Part shown: one piece after another, positions 14,640 to 23,327 of the stretch | Layout: each line of letters opens with the position of its first letter | How positions within the stretch are numbered: the first letter of the stretch is position 1 | Origin: a virus | Direction: 5' to 3' (one strand) | Virus record (IMG/VR): IMGVR_UViG_3300032401_000001 | Span: 96,001-160,000 of that record | DNA: 64,000 bases | Translations under genes and position numbers: made by a program | Notes under the pieces: model-generated | Told to the model about the DNA's origin: nothing | Database searches by the model: none | The model's input: the letters and a program-made list of their open reading frames with translations, nothing else

Positions 14640-14723
14640 GGAGACGTCGCTCAGTTGGTCGAGCAGTCGCCTTGAAAGCGGCCAGGCCGAAAGGCTCTGC
14701 GAGTTCGAATCTCGCCGTCTCCG
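14640..14723 (+). tRNA. tRNA-Ser(UGA)
   Basis: Class II cloverleaf, G73. Confidence 0.9.
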
Positions 14724-14733
14724 CTTCTTTAGG

Positions 14734-15159
14734 TCAGACGTTGAACGGGGGGATCATCCGCGCTTCGATCGGCGCCAGGGCAGCGGCGAGCGTCTCTTGC
14801 GTCGGGGGCTTGAGCACCCAGCTATCGAGGATGGTCTCACGCAGCATCTCGCGCGCGAAGCCGACGCTGTTCATGTCGACGGCCATCAGGATGGCGATGA
14901 GCTTGATCTTGTAGTCGCTGCGGATGATGGACAGCAGCTCCTGGCCGTTCTTCTGCCCCTGGAGCACCCAGTCGAGGTAGACCAGCCCAGAGGCGCTGTT
15001 GCCGAAGCGGTCAGCGTTGTGAAGGCGCTGGATGGCCACGGGGGCGCTGTTGGCCATGTCGGTGTCAGTGTAGCCGATGGTGTGGAAGAGGTCGACGACG
15101 CGCATCATCTCGCGGTTGTCACCGCCCACCACCATCACTCGGGTCCGCAGGTCGAGCAT
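14734..15159 (-). CDS. stand-alone response-regulator receiver (CheY-like) domain
   Basis: RVMVVGGD...LVYLDWVL...NGQELL...VLKP pattern. Confidence 0.7.
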   Translation of the reverse strand: MLDLRTRVMVVGGDNREMMRVVDLFHTIGYTDTDMANSAPVAIQRLHNADRFGNSASGLVYLDWVLQGQKNGQELLSIIRSDYKIKLIAILMAVDMNSVGFAREMLRETILDSWVLKPPTQETLAAALAPIEARMIPPFNV

Positions 15160-15382
15160 CGTTCTCCTCGGGGACGCAGGCTTTGAAGAGCTCCCGTTCG
15201 CGGTCCGTCAGTTCCTCGAGCAACTTCACCAGCACGAACCGCTTGATGTAGCCCGTCGGGATTGTATCAAGGAACGCGCCCCGGTACTTGCCCCGCAGTA
15301 AGATGTGCCGTCCACCCACAGACTCCGAAAGGTAAGCCCCGAGAGTGGTGCTGGGCGTGAGTTCTTCGAAGCCCAGCTTCAT
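15119..15382 (-). CDS. hypothetical protein
   Basis: 87 aa, ATGA-coupled to the ATPase gene. Confidence 0.6.
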   Translation of the reverse strand: MKLGFEELTPSTTLGAYLSESVGGRHILLRGKYRGAFLDTIPTGYIKRFVLVKLLEELTDRERELFKACVPEENDARPADPSDGGGR

Positions 15383-17118
15383 GCGAAGACGTCCTGGTTG
15401 ATGCGCTGAGCCCCGCTCTGCTTGGTGATGAGTCCGTTGCTGTTGAGTCGGGCCAGGTAGCTGTTGAACGTACCGCTAGTCGCACTGAGTCCGACGGCGG
15501 TGGCGAGCTCATCACGGGTGTACCACTGATCCGGATGCTCAAAGAGGAAACGCAACATCTCGGCCGCTTTGCCGACGAGGTTGTTGCACCACATCGTGAC
15601 GACCTCTTCAGGCGTCTTGGGGGCGTCACAGCTGGCCGTCAGGTGCAGCCCGGTCTCGGTGAGTGCGATGAACTTGTCACCCTTGGTGATGGCGCCCATC
15701 ACGTTGATGCGGGCCATGTAGCTGTTGAACGTCCCGCTCTTGTGTGAGAAGCCAGCAAGGGTGGCGACCTGCACTTTCGTCAATGGCTGGGGGTGGCGGC
15801 TGCGCAGCGCGATGAGCAATGACAGCGGGCCGCGGCTGAGGCCCACTTCATCGGCGGTTTCGGTGCGTACCGGTGCTTGCGGCGTGTTGGGCTTCTCGAA
15901 CTGCGCCCACAGGTGCTTCGATGTCGGCATCAGTGGCGGCGGCGCAGCCTTGGGGCTCAGCACGACGGGGCGCGCGAGCCGGGCGTTGCAAGCCGCGAGC
16001 TCTTGCGTGAGTTTCTTGAGATCGTCCCCGAGCTCTTCGGCCCACTTGCTCAGCTTGGCGAGCCGGTTGCGGTCCCGCTTGCCCAGCACCGGGACCTCGA
16101 TGAACGTCTTCACGATGCGCTCGACGGTCTTCTCGACGGTCTGGGGACGCGGCGACGGCGCGCGCTGCGTCTTGGCCAGTTCTCCCTGCAGTCGCCGTAC
16201 TTCGGTGCGCAGATGCCCGGGGTCGTTGGCCTGGGCGCGTTCCACCGTCGCGGCCATGGCCTTCTTGATGCGGTTGAGATCGATGGCCTTCGGGTTGTGC
16301 GCCTTGTCGTGCTTGCCGAACGTCGGCGTGGCCGAGGCGTCGTAGGTGTGCTTGGAGGCGAAGGTGATCTCGCGCAGGAGCTTCAGCCACTGCGGGCTCC
16401 AGAAGAAGGCGTGGCCCACGGGTAGATGTGGCAGCGCTTCGAGCAGATTGTGGTCGAGTCCCTTGTCGGTGATCCAGTCGTCGATGGCGTCTCGGTCGCG
16501 TTTGCCAGTGAGCTGGAAGCAGACCAGGATCTCCGTCTGGCTGAGCACGTCTTTGTTGACGGCTTGCGGTCGCTGGCTGATCAGTGTCGTGCCGAGCCCG
16601 AAGTTGCGGCCCTGCTTGATGAGGGTCTCCATGGCACCGACCATCACCGAGTTGCTGTGGTCGACCCGCTGCGGCACGAACTCCTGGCATTCGTCCCAGA
16701 CGACCATCAGCGGTGAACGGGCCTGCTTCTTGCGCTGGAGCAGGCGCGCGGCGAAGTCGGCGACGAAGCGGCGCGTCTCCCCTTTGGTGAAATTGGAGAC
16801 GTCGATGACCAGCGATTGGTCATGTTCGACGACGATGTCGGCGACCAGCGTACCACCCGTCGCTTCCAGGGGGACGTCGCCACGGAAGCCGCCGAAGATG
16901 GGGATCTCGAGTCCCTGGTTCTTGCCGTCCTTGGCGAGTCGCAACCCCCACCAGACGCCCACCGGATCGACGATGACCACTTGGGCACGGTGCTTCAGCA
17001 TCTCTTCGACGAAGCGGCCGGCGCCGTAGGTCTTCCCGGAGCCGCTGCGACCCATGAAGCCGAACTTCTGGGTGACCGCGTCGGCGGGCAGTGAGAGATC
17101 CTTGCTGATGCGGTACAT
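15379..17118 (-). CDS. HerA/FtsK-superfamily ATPase with C-terminal winged-helix-like repeats
   Basis: Walker A GRSGSGKT, Walker B VVWDECQEF, QGRNFG and SQRP motifs; two SGTFNSY repeats at the C-terminus. Confidence 0.85.
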   Translation of the reverse strand: MYRISKDLSLPADAVTQKFGFMGRSGSGKTYGAGRFVEEMLKHRAQVVIVDPVGVWWGLRLAKDGKNQGLEIPIFGGFRGDVPLEATGGTLVADIVVEHDQSLVIDVSNFTKGETRRFVADFAARLLQRKKQARSPLMVVWDECQEFVPQRVDHSNSVMVGAMETLIKQGRNFGLGTTLISQRPQAVNKDVLSQTEILVCFQLTGKRDRDAIDDWITDKGLDHNLLEALPHLPVGHAFFWSPQWLKLLREITFASKHTYDASATPTFGKHDKAHNPKAIDLNRIKKAMAATVERAQANDPGHLRTEVRRLQGELAKTQRAPSPRPQTVEKTVERIVKTFIEVPVLGKRDRNRLAKLSKWAEELGDDLKKLTQELAACNARLARPVVLSPKAAPPPLMPTSKHLWAQFEKPNTPQAPVRTETADEVGLSRGPLSLLIALRSRHPQPLTKVQVATLAGFSHKSGTFNSYMARINVMGAITKGDKFIALTETGLHLTASCDAPKTPEEVVTMWCNNLVGKAAEMLRFLFEHPDQWYTRDELATAVGLSATSGTFNSYLARLNSNGLITKQSGAQRINQDVFA

Positions 17119-17119
17119 G

Positions 17120-17359
17120 TCATGCTCCTTGCGGTGCTACTTTCTTCTCTCGACGGTTGCAAACCTGGAAGTCAGGACACGCTGCGAAAGAACCGTAGCC
17201 GCGACACAAGCTGTGCCGGCGCACCGTCGGTGGCATTGTCACGAAGTAGAGGCAGTAGCGGCTCTTCTCCTCGAGTAGGATGTGCCCGTCGATAGGTTGA
17301 CGAAGCTTCGTCGGCTCCTTCTTGATGCGGGGGCCGTCTTGTACCTTGGGCGCGGGCAT
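17120..17359 (-). CDS. hypothetical protein
   Basis: ATGA overlap with the kinase stop; 79 aa. Confidence 0.55.
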   Translation of the reverse strand: MPAPKVQDGPRIKKEPTKLRQPIDGHILLEEKSRYCLYFVTMPPTVRRHSLCRGYGSFAACPDFQVCNRREKKVAPQGA

Positions 17360-18015
17360 CAGCTGAGACTGCGGCAAGCATCCTTGACTGTACTGGCGAC
17401 CGCGTCCCACTGCTCGGTGCTGATGGTGTCAGGGTCCCAGGGGATGCGACAGACGCGGATGGCGTGCGCCCAGGGCAGTAGGCCGCGCTCCGCCTCGTTG
17501 ATGAGGTCCTGGTAGCCCTGGCGTAGCGTGATGAGGTAGGCGAGGGGTACGCCGGCCTCAGCACCGCGGTTGCGCTTCTTCATGCGGGCGTAGGCGGTCT
17601 CGGGCTGGATGTCGAGAAACACCAGCAGCGTTGGTGGCAGCAGCGAACGGCACATGATGTTGTAGGCCATCTCGTAGGTCTGCCAGTCGAGTTGGTCGAT
17701 GTTCTCGGCGTCGCGGTGCAGCTTGGCGAAGACCCGGTCACCGGAGAGGGACCGATCGAGCAAGGCGCCGGCATAGCCACCGACACCGGTAGCTTCGTAG
17801 GATGCGAGTTGCTGCATGGCGTAGCGCTTGTGGAGCAGGAAGATCTGCATGCCGAAGGCGTAGCGCTTGGGGTCTTCGTAGAAGGGCTTGAGGTAGGGGT
17901 TGCTCTCGACCGGCTCTTCGATGCAGCGGAGGTTGAGGCGCTTGGCAACCTCACGGGAGAAGGTCGTCTTGCCAGCGCCGATGATCCCTTCGCACCAGAT
18001 GAGCACGCCCATCAC
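17359..18015 (-). CDS. deoxynucleoside kinase
   Basis: EGIIGAGKTT P-loop, EEP, DRS and RNRGAE lid motifs. Confidence 0.9.
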   Translation of the reverse strand: MMGVLIWCEGIIGAGKTTFSREVAKRLNLRCIEEPVESNPYLKPFYEDPKRYAFGMQIFLLHKRYAMQQLASYEATGVGGYAGALLDRSLSGDRVFAKLHRDAENIDQLDWQTYEMAYNIMCRSLLPPTLLVFLDIQPETAYARMKKRNRGAEAGVPLAYLITLRQGYQDLINEAERGLLPWAHAIRVCRIPWDPDTISTEQWDAVASTVKDACRSLS

Positions 18016-18287
18016 TTCCCTCCCTTGGGGTTCTCCGGTGATTGCCCGCCGCCGTAGCCGACCTGCGTCTTCGTGGCGGGTTGAGGCTTGCCGATGTGCT
18101 GGTAGCCGGCCTTGCGGGCTTTGGCGCCGGGGTAGGTCGGCACGATGACGGAGAAGACGTGCGGCGCTGAGTCGAGACGCGTCATAGCAGCACCGCAGGG
18201 GCAGACGACGGTGCTCTCCGCACTGTCAACCAGGACGTTCTCTTCTCGCTGATTGCACTCGGGGCACTGGTAGTCGAAGACCAGCAT
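18012..18287 (-). CDS. FmdB-like zinc-ribbon protein
   Basis: FDYQCPEC...CPCG. Confidence 0.75.
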   Translation of the reverse strand: MLVFDYQCPECNQREENVLVDSAESTVVCPCGAAMTRLDSAPHVFSVIVPTYPGAKARKAGYQHIGKPQPATKTQVGYGGGQSPENPKGGK

Positions 18288-18724
18288 CAGCGGACCTCGA
18301 CTTCGAAGACCACGCCCAGCTCTTCCAGCGCTTGGAGCAGCTCGAGCGGGGCGAAGCGCTTGTCAGCGAAGGTTATGAAGACGAAGCGCGGTTCGGTATG
18401 GTGCAATCGAACCTGGAGTGCCGTCAGTCCACCGAGAGGTCGACTGCCCAGCGTCACCATGGTTTCGTCAGGGTTGTGCGTCGTGCGGATGCGTAGCGGG
18501 TACGCGGTGTTGCTGTTGGCGTCATCGGGCGCCGGCCCAGGGATGGGGAAGCAGCCAGCGATGTTGAAATGCGTGGTCATCCCGGTAGGGCTGATCAGCA
18601 GTTCGAAGGATGTGATGCGCTTCAGTACCTGGCCGTTGTAGAGAACCAAGTCTTTGGGCGGGGTTTCTTGCTGGCGGGCGAGGTGGATGCTGAGCGGTAG
18701 CGGTGAGTCGAGGACTAAGGGCAT
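18287..18724 (-). CDS. hypothetical protein
   Basis: 145 aa, coupled to the next gene. Confidence 0.6.
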   Translation of the reverse strand: MPLVLDSPLPLSIHLARQQETPPKDLVLYNGQVLKRITSFELLISPTGMTTHFNIAGCFPIPGPAPDDANSNTAYPLRIRTTHNPDETMVTLGSRPLGGLTALQVRLHHTEPRFVFITFADKRFAPLELLQALEELGVVFEVEVR

Positions 18725-18780
18725 GCGAGCTCCTGAGCTATGCTAATGAGATAAGCACAGCTCAGGCGGGCTTGTCAACG

Positions 18781-19149
18781 CTACTTCGTCGGTGGCTGGG
18801 GGTTGCGGACGGCTTCGACGCCGCTGGCGATGACGTTGGGGATACTGCCGATGCCAGCACCGGCGACGAAGCCACGCAGGGCGCGGTAGGGGGCGCCGTG
18901 TCCGGTGTGCATCGAGAGCTCGAGAGGTACGCCGATGGCGGCGCCGGCGAGCGGGCCGAACTTGCGGATGAAGGGCAGGACATGCTGAGTGTCGCGTTGT
19001 TCTTCTGGCTCCGGTAGATACGGGATCCCGGCGGTCAGACCCACGTCTCCTGACGGTTGCATGCCGAGTTGCTCGAGGCTGCCGGCGGGCAACAGGCCCA
19101 TCGCTTGTAGCGCCTGAATCTGCCCGATGCCGCGGATGAACTCGTCCAT
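18781..19149 (-). CDS. putative internal virion protein (Gly-rich hydrophobic segments)
   Basis: Carries the shared G..ALxxxGL motif. Confidence 0.6.
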   Translation of the reverse strand: MDEFIRGIGQIQALQAMGLLPAGSLEQLGMQPSGDVGLTAGIPYLPEPEEQRDTQHVLPFIRKFGPLAGAAIGVPLELSMHTGHGAPYRALRGFVAGAGIGSIPNVIASGVEAVRNPQPPTK

Positions 19150-19219
19150 GGTACCCTCAGCAAACCGCCGTCAGGGCCGGTATAAGGATGTGATGGCCCC
19201 CCACTCGAAGGAGGAAACC

Positions 19220-19447
19220 ATGAAGGCGATCATGAAGGCCTTCGTCGTGTCTGGCATGTGCGGCGCAGTGCGTAAGCCGGTGGTCGGTCTCGACGGCGTC
19301 TCGGTCTCGTACGATGAGTCCCAGGTGGCTCCTCGTCGCCTCTACCTCACATTCCCGAACGGCAAGACGCAGACCTACGAGCTCCAGGGTGAGACGCTCG
19401 AGGCTTGTGCGCGCAACGCGGCTGACATCGTTGGTTTGCCGGCGTAG
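19220..19447 (+). CDS. small hypothetical protein inserted on the opposite strand
   Basis: GAGGA SD before ATG 19220; followed by a terminator-like hairpin. Confidence 0.6.
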   Translation: MKAIMKAFVVSGMCGAVRKPVVGLDGVSVSYDESQVAPRRLYLTFPNGKTQTYELQGETLEACARNAADIVGLPA

Positions 19448-19500
19448 CTGCTGTACGGCGCTGCCCCTCCGGGGGTGGCGCGCTTCTTTAGTCTGCAGCG

Positions 19501-20217
19501 TCACTTGGGGATTCCTCGGGCTACGAGTTTGCCAAGCGACTTGAGCCGACTGGTGGCAGGGGCTACGAATTCTTCAGCTTTGGTTGCTGCTGCTGCTCCA
19601 GTTCCTTCGAGGACGTTTCCGGTACCGATGTTGGTGAGGTGCTCGGCGGTGGTTCTTGGATCCAGTGGCATGAGACCGACGTGCCGAGGGTAGGGCTGCG
19701 GCTTGGAACTGGGGAGATCGGCACGGAACGGTGCAAGGCGCTCGACCGGTGGTGGCAACGGTTCACCGGGACCTTGTGTGAACCGCTGCAGGAATTCTCC
19801 GCGTTCGCTCAAACGTGACCTGAAAGGTTCTTCGGCGACGGGTCCGCCGCGTACTGATACTGGTGCTTCGCCGGTAGGACCACCGGACGCGTACCAGCCC
19901 ATCCGCGGTGCGCCTCGACTGGGTTCGACACCTATTGCACGGTGCTGTTGATTGATGGCGTCGAGAGCGCGCGAGAATTCTGGTCCCGGTGCTGCAGTGG
20001 CGCGAGCGCGCATAAGTGTCTGCATGCGGTCAGTGGGTGTCATCGCGCCCCAGTTCTCGGGCACGGTGACGCCGGCAGGTGGCCGGGCCGTGAAGACTTG
20101 AGGCCAGTGTTGCTGCATGGTCTCGAGCTGCCCGGCGCTGTAGTCAGCTTGCTTGAGCAGACCGAGCGCCTGCAGTGCGTGTTGCTGCCCCCAGCGCTGT
20201 GCTTGCGTGAGCATCAC
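19501..20217 (-). CDS. putative internal virion protein
   Basis: N-terminal WGQQHALQALGLLKQA motif. Confidence 0.65.
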   Translation of the reverse strand: MMLTQAQRWGQQHALQALGLLKQADYSAGQLETMQQHWPQVFTARPPAGVTVPENWGAMTPTDRMQTLMRARATAAPGPEFSRALDAINQQHRAIGVEPSRGAPRMGWYASGGPTGEAPVSVRGGPVAEEPFRSRLSERGEFLQRFTQGPGEPLPPPVERLAPFRADLPSSKPQPYPRHVGLMPLDPRTTAEHLTNIGTGNVLEGTGAAAATKAEEFVAPATSRLKSLGKLVARGIPK

Positions 20218-20669
20218 GCCTGTTCCGGTGCCATCCCCGCCATCGAGCCGTCGTCGGCGCCAGGCATGCCTGGTGCACCGGGCGCGCCGCTGGCCATCTG
20301 TTGCTGTTGGCCCTGGACGGCGACGTCGGGACCACCTTCCGGCGCTTGCATCTCGATCTTCGCGGTCGGGTCAGCCTGGAACATGGCTTGGAGCGCTGCG
20401 GGATCGATGAGCGCATCCGGCGACACCTTGACGCTGGTCGACTTCTCGCCTTCGGGCGTGATGCGGATGCTGGCGCCCTGGAAGGTGCCACCGGGCAGCA
20501 GACCGATGGCTTCTTCTGCGTCCTGGGGCTGCGGTGGCGCCTGTTCACTGCCGCCCTGCCAGTAGTTCGGATCGCCCAGCGACGGGTCGGCGCGCTTCGT
20601 GAAGATGGCCGCGGCGGCATGGGCGCCGAGCTTGTAGGCCAGAGAGACGTCGTTGAGACCCATGGTCAT
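20214..20669 (-). CDS. putative internal virion protein
   Basis: AYKLGAHAA...KRA motif; GGAGG SD. Confidence 0.65.
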   Translation of the reverse strand: MTMGLNDVSLAYKLGAHAAAAIFTKRADPSLGDPNYWQGGSEQAPPQPQDAEEAIGLLPGGTFQGASIRITPEGEKSTSVKVSPDALIDPAALQAMFQADPTAKIEMQAPEGGPDVAVQGQQQQMASGAPGAPGMPGADDGSMAGMAPEQA

Positions 20670-20673
20670 CCTC

Positions 20674-20937
20674 CTACTGCGTAGGCTTGCTGCTGGACTT
20701 GGCTGCGGTCAAGGGAGCGCCACCGGGCGGTGCGGCCAGTCGCGGCGCGCCTGCGGCTGCGGCAGGCGTCTGACGCCCATCGATGAGGCTGCCGGTGAAG
20801 GCGCCCGGGATGTCGCCGAACGTCGCACCGCCGGGCTTGGCCCCGGCGCTGGTGCTGGTGATGTTGTCCGCGGCTGCGCGCTTCATGAGCTGCGCGAGTG
20901 CGTGCTGAACGCCGAGCTGGTAGGCGGTGCTGGTCAT
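20674..20937 (-). CDS. putative internal virion protein
   Basis: AYQLGVQHALAQLMKRA motif. Confidence 0.65.
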   Translation of the reverse strand: MTSTAYQLGVQHALAQLMKRAAADNITSTSAGAKPGGATFGDIPGAFTGSLIDGRQTPAAAAGAPRLAAPPGGAPLTAAKSSSKPTQ

Positions 20938-22262
20938 CGGCCCGCTTGATTCCAGTCGGTGAAGGCCGCGCGCGACGCCGTCAGCTTCTGGTTCTGTGCG
21001 ACGGCGGGCGGCGGTTGTTGCGGTGGTGGTTGCGCTTGGGTCACGTTAACTGGCTTCTGGGGCCAGCGCATCGGTTGGGTCTTGTCGACGGGAACCGAAT
21101 AGCCGGCGGCGACTGCAGCGCCTCGCTGAGACTTCTGGGCTTCAGGACCCAGCGTGCCGAGGGTGGGCTTGCTCCACGGCCAGCCGAGCTTCTCGGCGGC
21201 GCGCTTGCAGCGGCGTTCGTAGATGGCCGCGTGAGCCGCTTTCGTCGGCAGGTCATCGAGCGTCTTCGAGGCCAGGTTGTGCGACGATTCGGTGCCCAGC
21301 ATGTCGGGGGTGCGCCGGGCGAAGCTGCGCAGCTGCCGGGAGATGGTGTCGGCCTCGTGCACGCTCTCAGAGAGCGTCTTGGGACGGGCCATGCTGGTCT
21401 TGAGCCCCAGTTGTTGTGCTGCGCCTTCAGCCCCATCAGCACGGCGTGCTGAACGACCACCGAGGTGAGCACCTATGGCTAGCCCACCAATGCCGAGAGC
21501 GCCCATCAAACCGCGGCGCATGCCCAACGATTCAGGAGCTACGCGGCGCAGGAGCGCAGCGAGACCTGCACCTGTGCCGAGACCAACAGCACCACCTGCG
21601 GCGCCACCACCCATGCCGCGCAGCGCGGGGCTGGTGTCGGGACGAGCACGACCGCCGGCCGCACGATGTCCGATGCCGGCGCTAAGACCCATCGCGGCCA
21701 TCGGGATGCCAGCGGCCAGCAGGGCGTGTCGCACGCCGGCAGCCCGGTAGGCTTCGCGGAGTGAGGCGCCAGCCGCACGGAGGGGCTCCATCGAAGGCAG
21801 CGGCGAAGGCATGTCGGGCGGCAGTGGCATCGCAATCTTCCTTGGACTCTCGAAGGTCGCGAGTACCTTCGTCTTGAATTTCTCGAATGGTAGCACGCTC
21901 ATCGAGCCGAAGAACCGGTCGTCGTTGTAGTGGTTCTTGTACGCGGTCTTGGCTTCGTCGGCGGTGTGGAAGCCGAGCATGCACTTGTCTTCGTCGAAGG
22001 ACTTGAAGTCGGGGGCCTTGCGCTGGTGGATGACGTAGACGTTCTCGGCGTCTTCGTGTGGGCCGACGAAGACGTCCACGTGATCGCCATCGACGCCTTC
22101 GGTACGGCGGATGTAGCCGTAGGGCACCGACATCTTCGTCTTGCCCGCTTCGCCGGTGCTGGCGTCGGTCCAGTGACGCAGTTCTCCTTCGTCCGTCTCG
22201 ATCGAGACGTCAAGGCCGCGAAACTTCAGGCGCCGGGAGAGGCGGTGTTGGGCGAGCTTCAT
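20934..22262 (-). CDS. protein with N-terminal phage inorganic-pyrophosphatase-like domain and Gly-rich membrane-like segments
   Basis: YGYIRRTEGVDGDHVDVFVGP...FDEDKCMLGF. Confidence 0.7.
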   Translation of the reverse strand: MKLAQHRLSRRLKFRGLDVSIETDEGELRHWTDASTGEAGKTKMSVPYGYIRRTEGVDGDHVDVFVGPHEDAENVYVIHQRKAPDFKSFDEDKCMLGFHTADEAKTAYKNHYNDDRFFGSMSVLPFEKFKTKVLATFESPRKIAMPLPPDMPSPLPSMEPLRAAGASLREAYRAAGVRHALLAAGIPMAAMGLSAGIGHRAAGGRARPDTSPALRGMGGGAAGGAVGLGTGAGLAALLRRVAPESLGMRRGLMGALGIGGLAIGAHLGGRSARRADGAEGAAQQLGLKTSMARPKTLSESVHEADTISRQLRSFARRTPDMLGTESSHNLASKTLDDLPTKAAHAAIYERRCKRAAEKLGWPWSKPTLGTLGPEAQKSQRGAAVAAGYSVPVDKTQPMRWPQKPVNVTQAQPPPQQPPPAVAQNQKLTASRAAFTDWNQAGR

Positions 22263-23062
22263 CGGTTGTACCAGGGTCGCTGAGTTCGGCCGCCGACGTA
22301 ACTACCTGCGAGTGTGCCAGCGGCGGTACCACCAAGGATAAGGGGTACCGCGGCTCTTCCTCTCGTCGCTAAGCTGGCGAGGGTACCTAGGGTGCCGCCG
22401 GCAAGACCGCCACCTAGACCACCAAGCATTCCATGCCCGATGACACGACCGACGTTCCACCGGGTGGGTGCGCTACCATAACCGCTGTAGGCAGCAGATG
22501 GTCCGCCAACAAGGCCAGCAGCGAGTGCCGTGGCTGCTACGGCAGGGACTAGGCCTGTGTAGTCATTTGAGAGACCTTCTCCAGGTTTGTAGTCAGACCG
22601 ATATTGGGGCGGTGCGTCTGCTGGTCCGTACGCGCCTGGATTTCGATTCCAGTGTTCTTCTGCGCGTTGTTGAGCCGTCTGTGAAGTACTCTGGTTGGTG
22701 CGCTGGCCACGTGCACGCTCGTAAGCGGCTCTGACCTGTTCTTTGCTGGCCGGATGGACCGGGTTTTGTTGCCGCCACTTTGTGTAGAGTTGATCGAAGT
22801 CGGAGGGCGCAGCGACGTTCTTCAATGCGGCTTCGAGACGCTGCGCGAGATCTGGCTGGGTCTTCCAGATGTCGGCGCGAATGCCGCCGGCGGCGCCGGA
22901 GGTGACGTAGTGGCGCAGTGCTTCGACTTCGTCCGGTGTCATTTTCGAGAGGATCTTGGGTAGATTTTCGACTCCTTCTTCGGTCACGGCGCGTAGGACT
23001 CCACCCACGGAGAGTCCGAGTTTCTCAAGGGCTGCAAGTTTGCCGAAGAGGTAGGGGGTCAT
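22259..23062 (-). CDS. putative internal virion protein with glycine-zipper-like C-terminus
   Basis: YLFGKLAALEKLGL motif; GGLGGGLAGG segments. Confidence 0.65.
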   Translation of the reverse strand: MTPYLFGKLAALEKLGLSVGGVLRAVTEEGVENLPKILSKMTPDEVEALRHYVTSGAAGGIRADIWKTQPDLAQRLEAALKNVAAPSDFDQLYTKWRQQNPVHPASKEQVRAAYERARGQRTNQSTSQTAQQRAEEHWNRNPGAYGPADAPPQYRSDYKPGEGLSNDYTGLVPAVAATALAAGLVGGPSAAYSGYGSAPTRWNVGRVIGHGMLGGLGGGLAGGTLGTLASLATRGRAAVPLILGGTAAGTLAGSYVGGRTQRPWYNR

Positions 23063-23066
23063 GGGG

Positions 23067-23324
23067 TCACAATCTGATCGGCGGCGACTTCCCTGCCAAC
23101 TGCTTGCCGATGATCCGGAATGGATTACGAAACAGTCGTTTGATCAGCTTCGAGAAGTCGAACTTTGGGAGCTTCAGCTTGAAGAGTCGCTTCATCCGTC
23201 GATGTAGCGAGGTGAGCGGGTCGGGACGCTGACGGGCGCGCAGCGGCGGTGCGTGCTTGGCTTCCTTGAGGAGGCCGAGTTCGCACAGTGCGTCGTGAAC
23301 ACCGCTGTCATAGAACTGCGTCAC
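23067..23324 (-). CDS. small basic putative internal virion protein
   Basis: FYDSGVHDALCELGLLKEA motif. Confidence 0.6.
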   Translation of the reverse strand: MTQFYDSGVHDALCELGLLKEAKHAPPLRARQRPDPLTSLHRRMKRLFKLKLPKFDFSKLIKRLFRNPFRIIGKQLAGKSPPIRL

Positions 23325-23327
23325 GGT

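Noticed and set aside
10049-14723. Stop-codon recoding or selenocysteine system; protein ORFs across the array
   Set aside because: No CUA, UCA or UUA anticodon is present, and TAG and TGA terminate genes normally. The listed short ORFs in the array are by-products of tRNA sequence.
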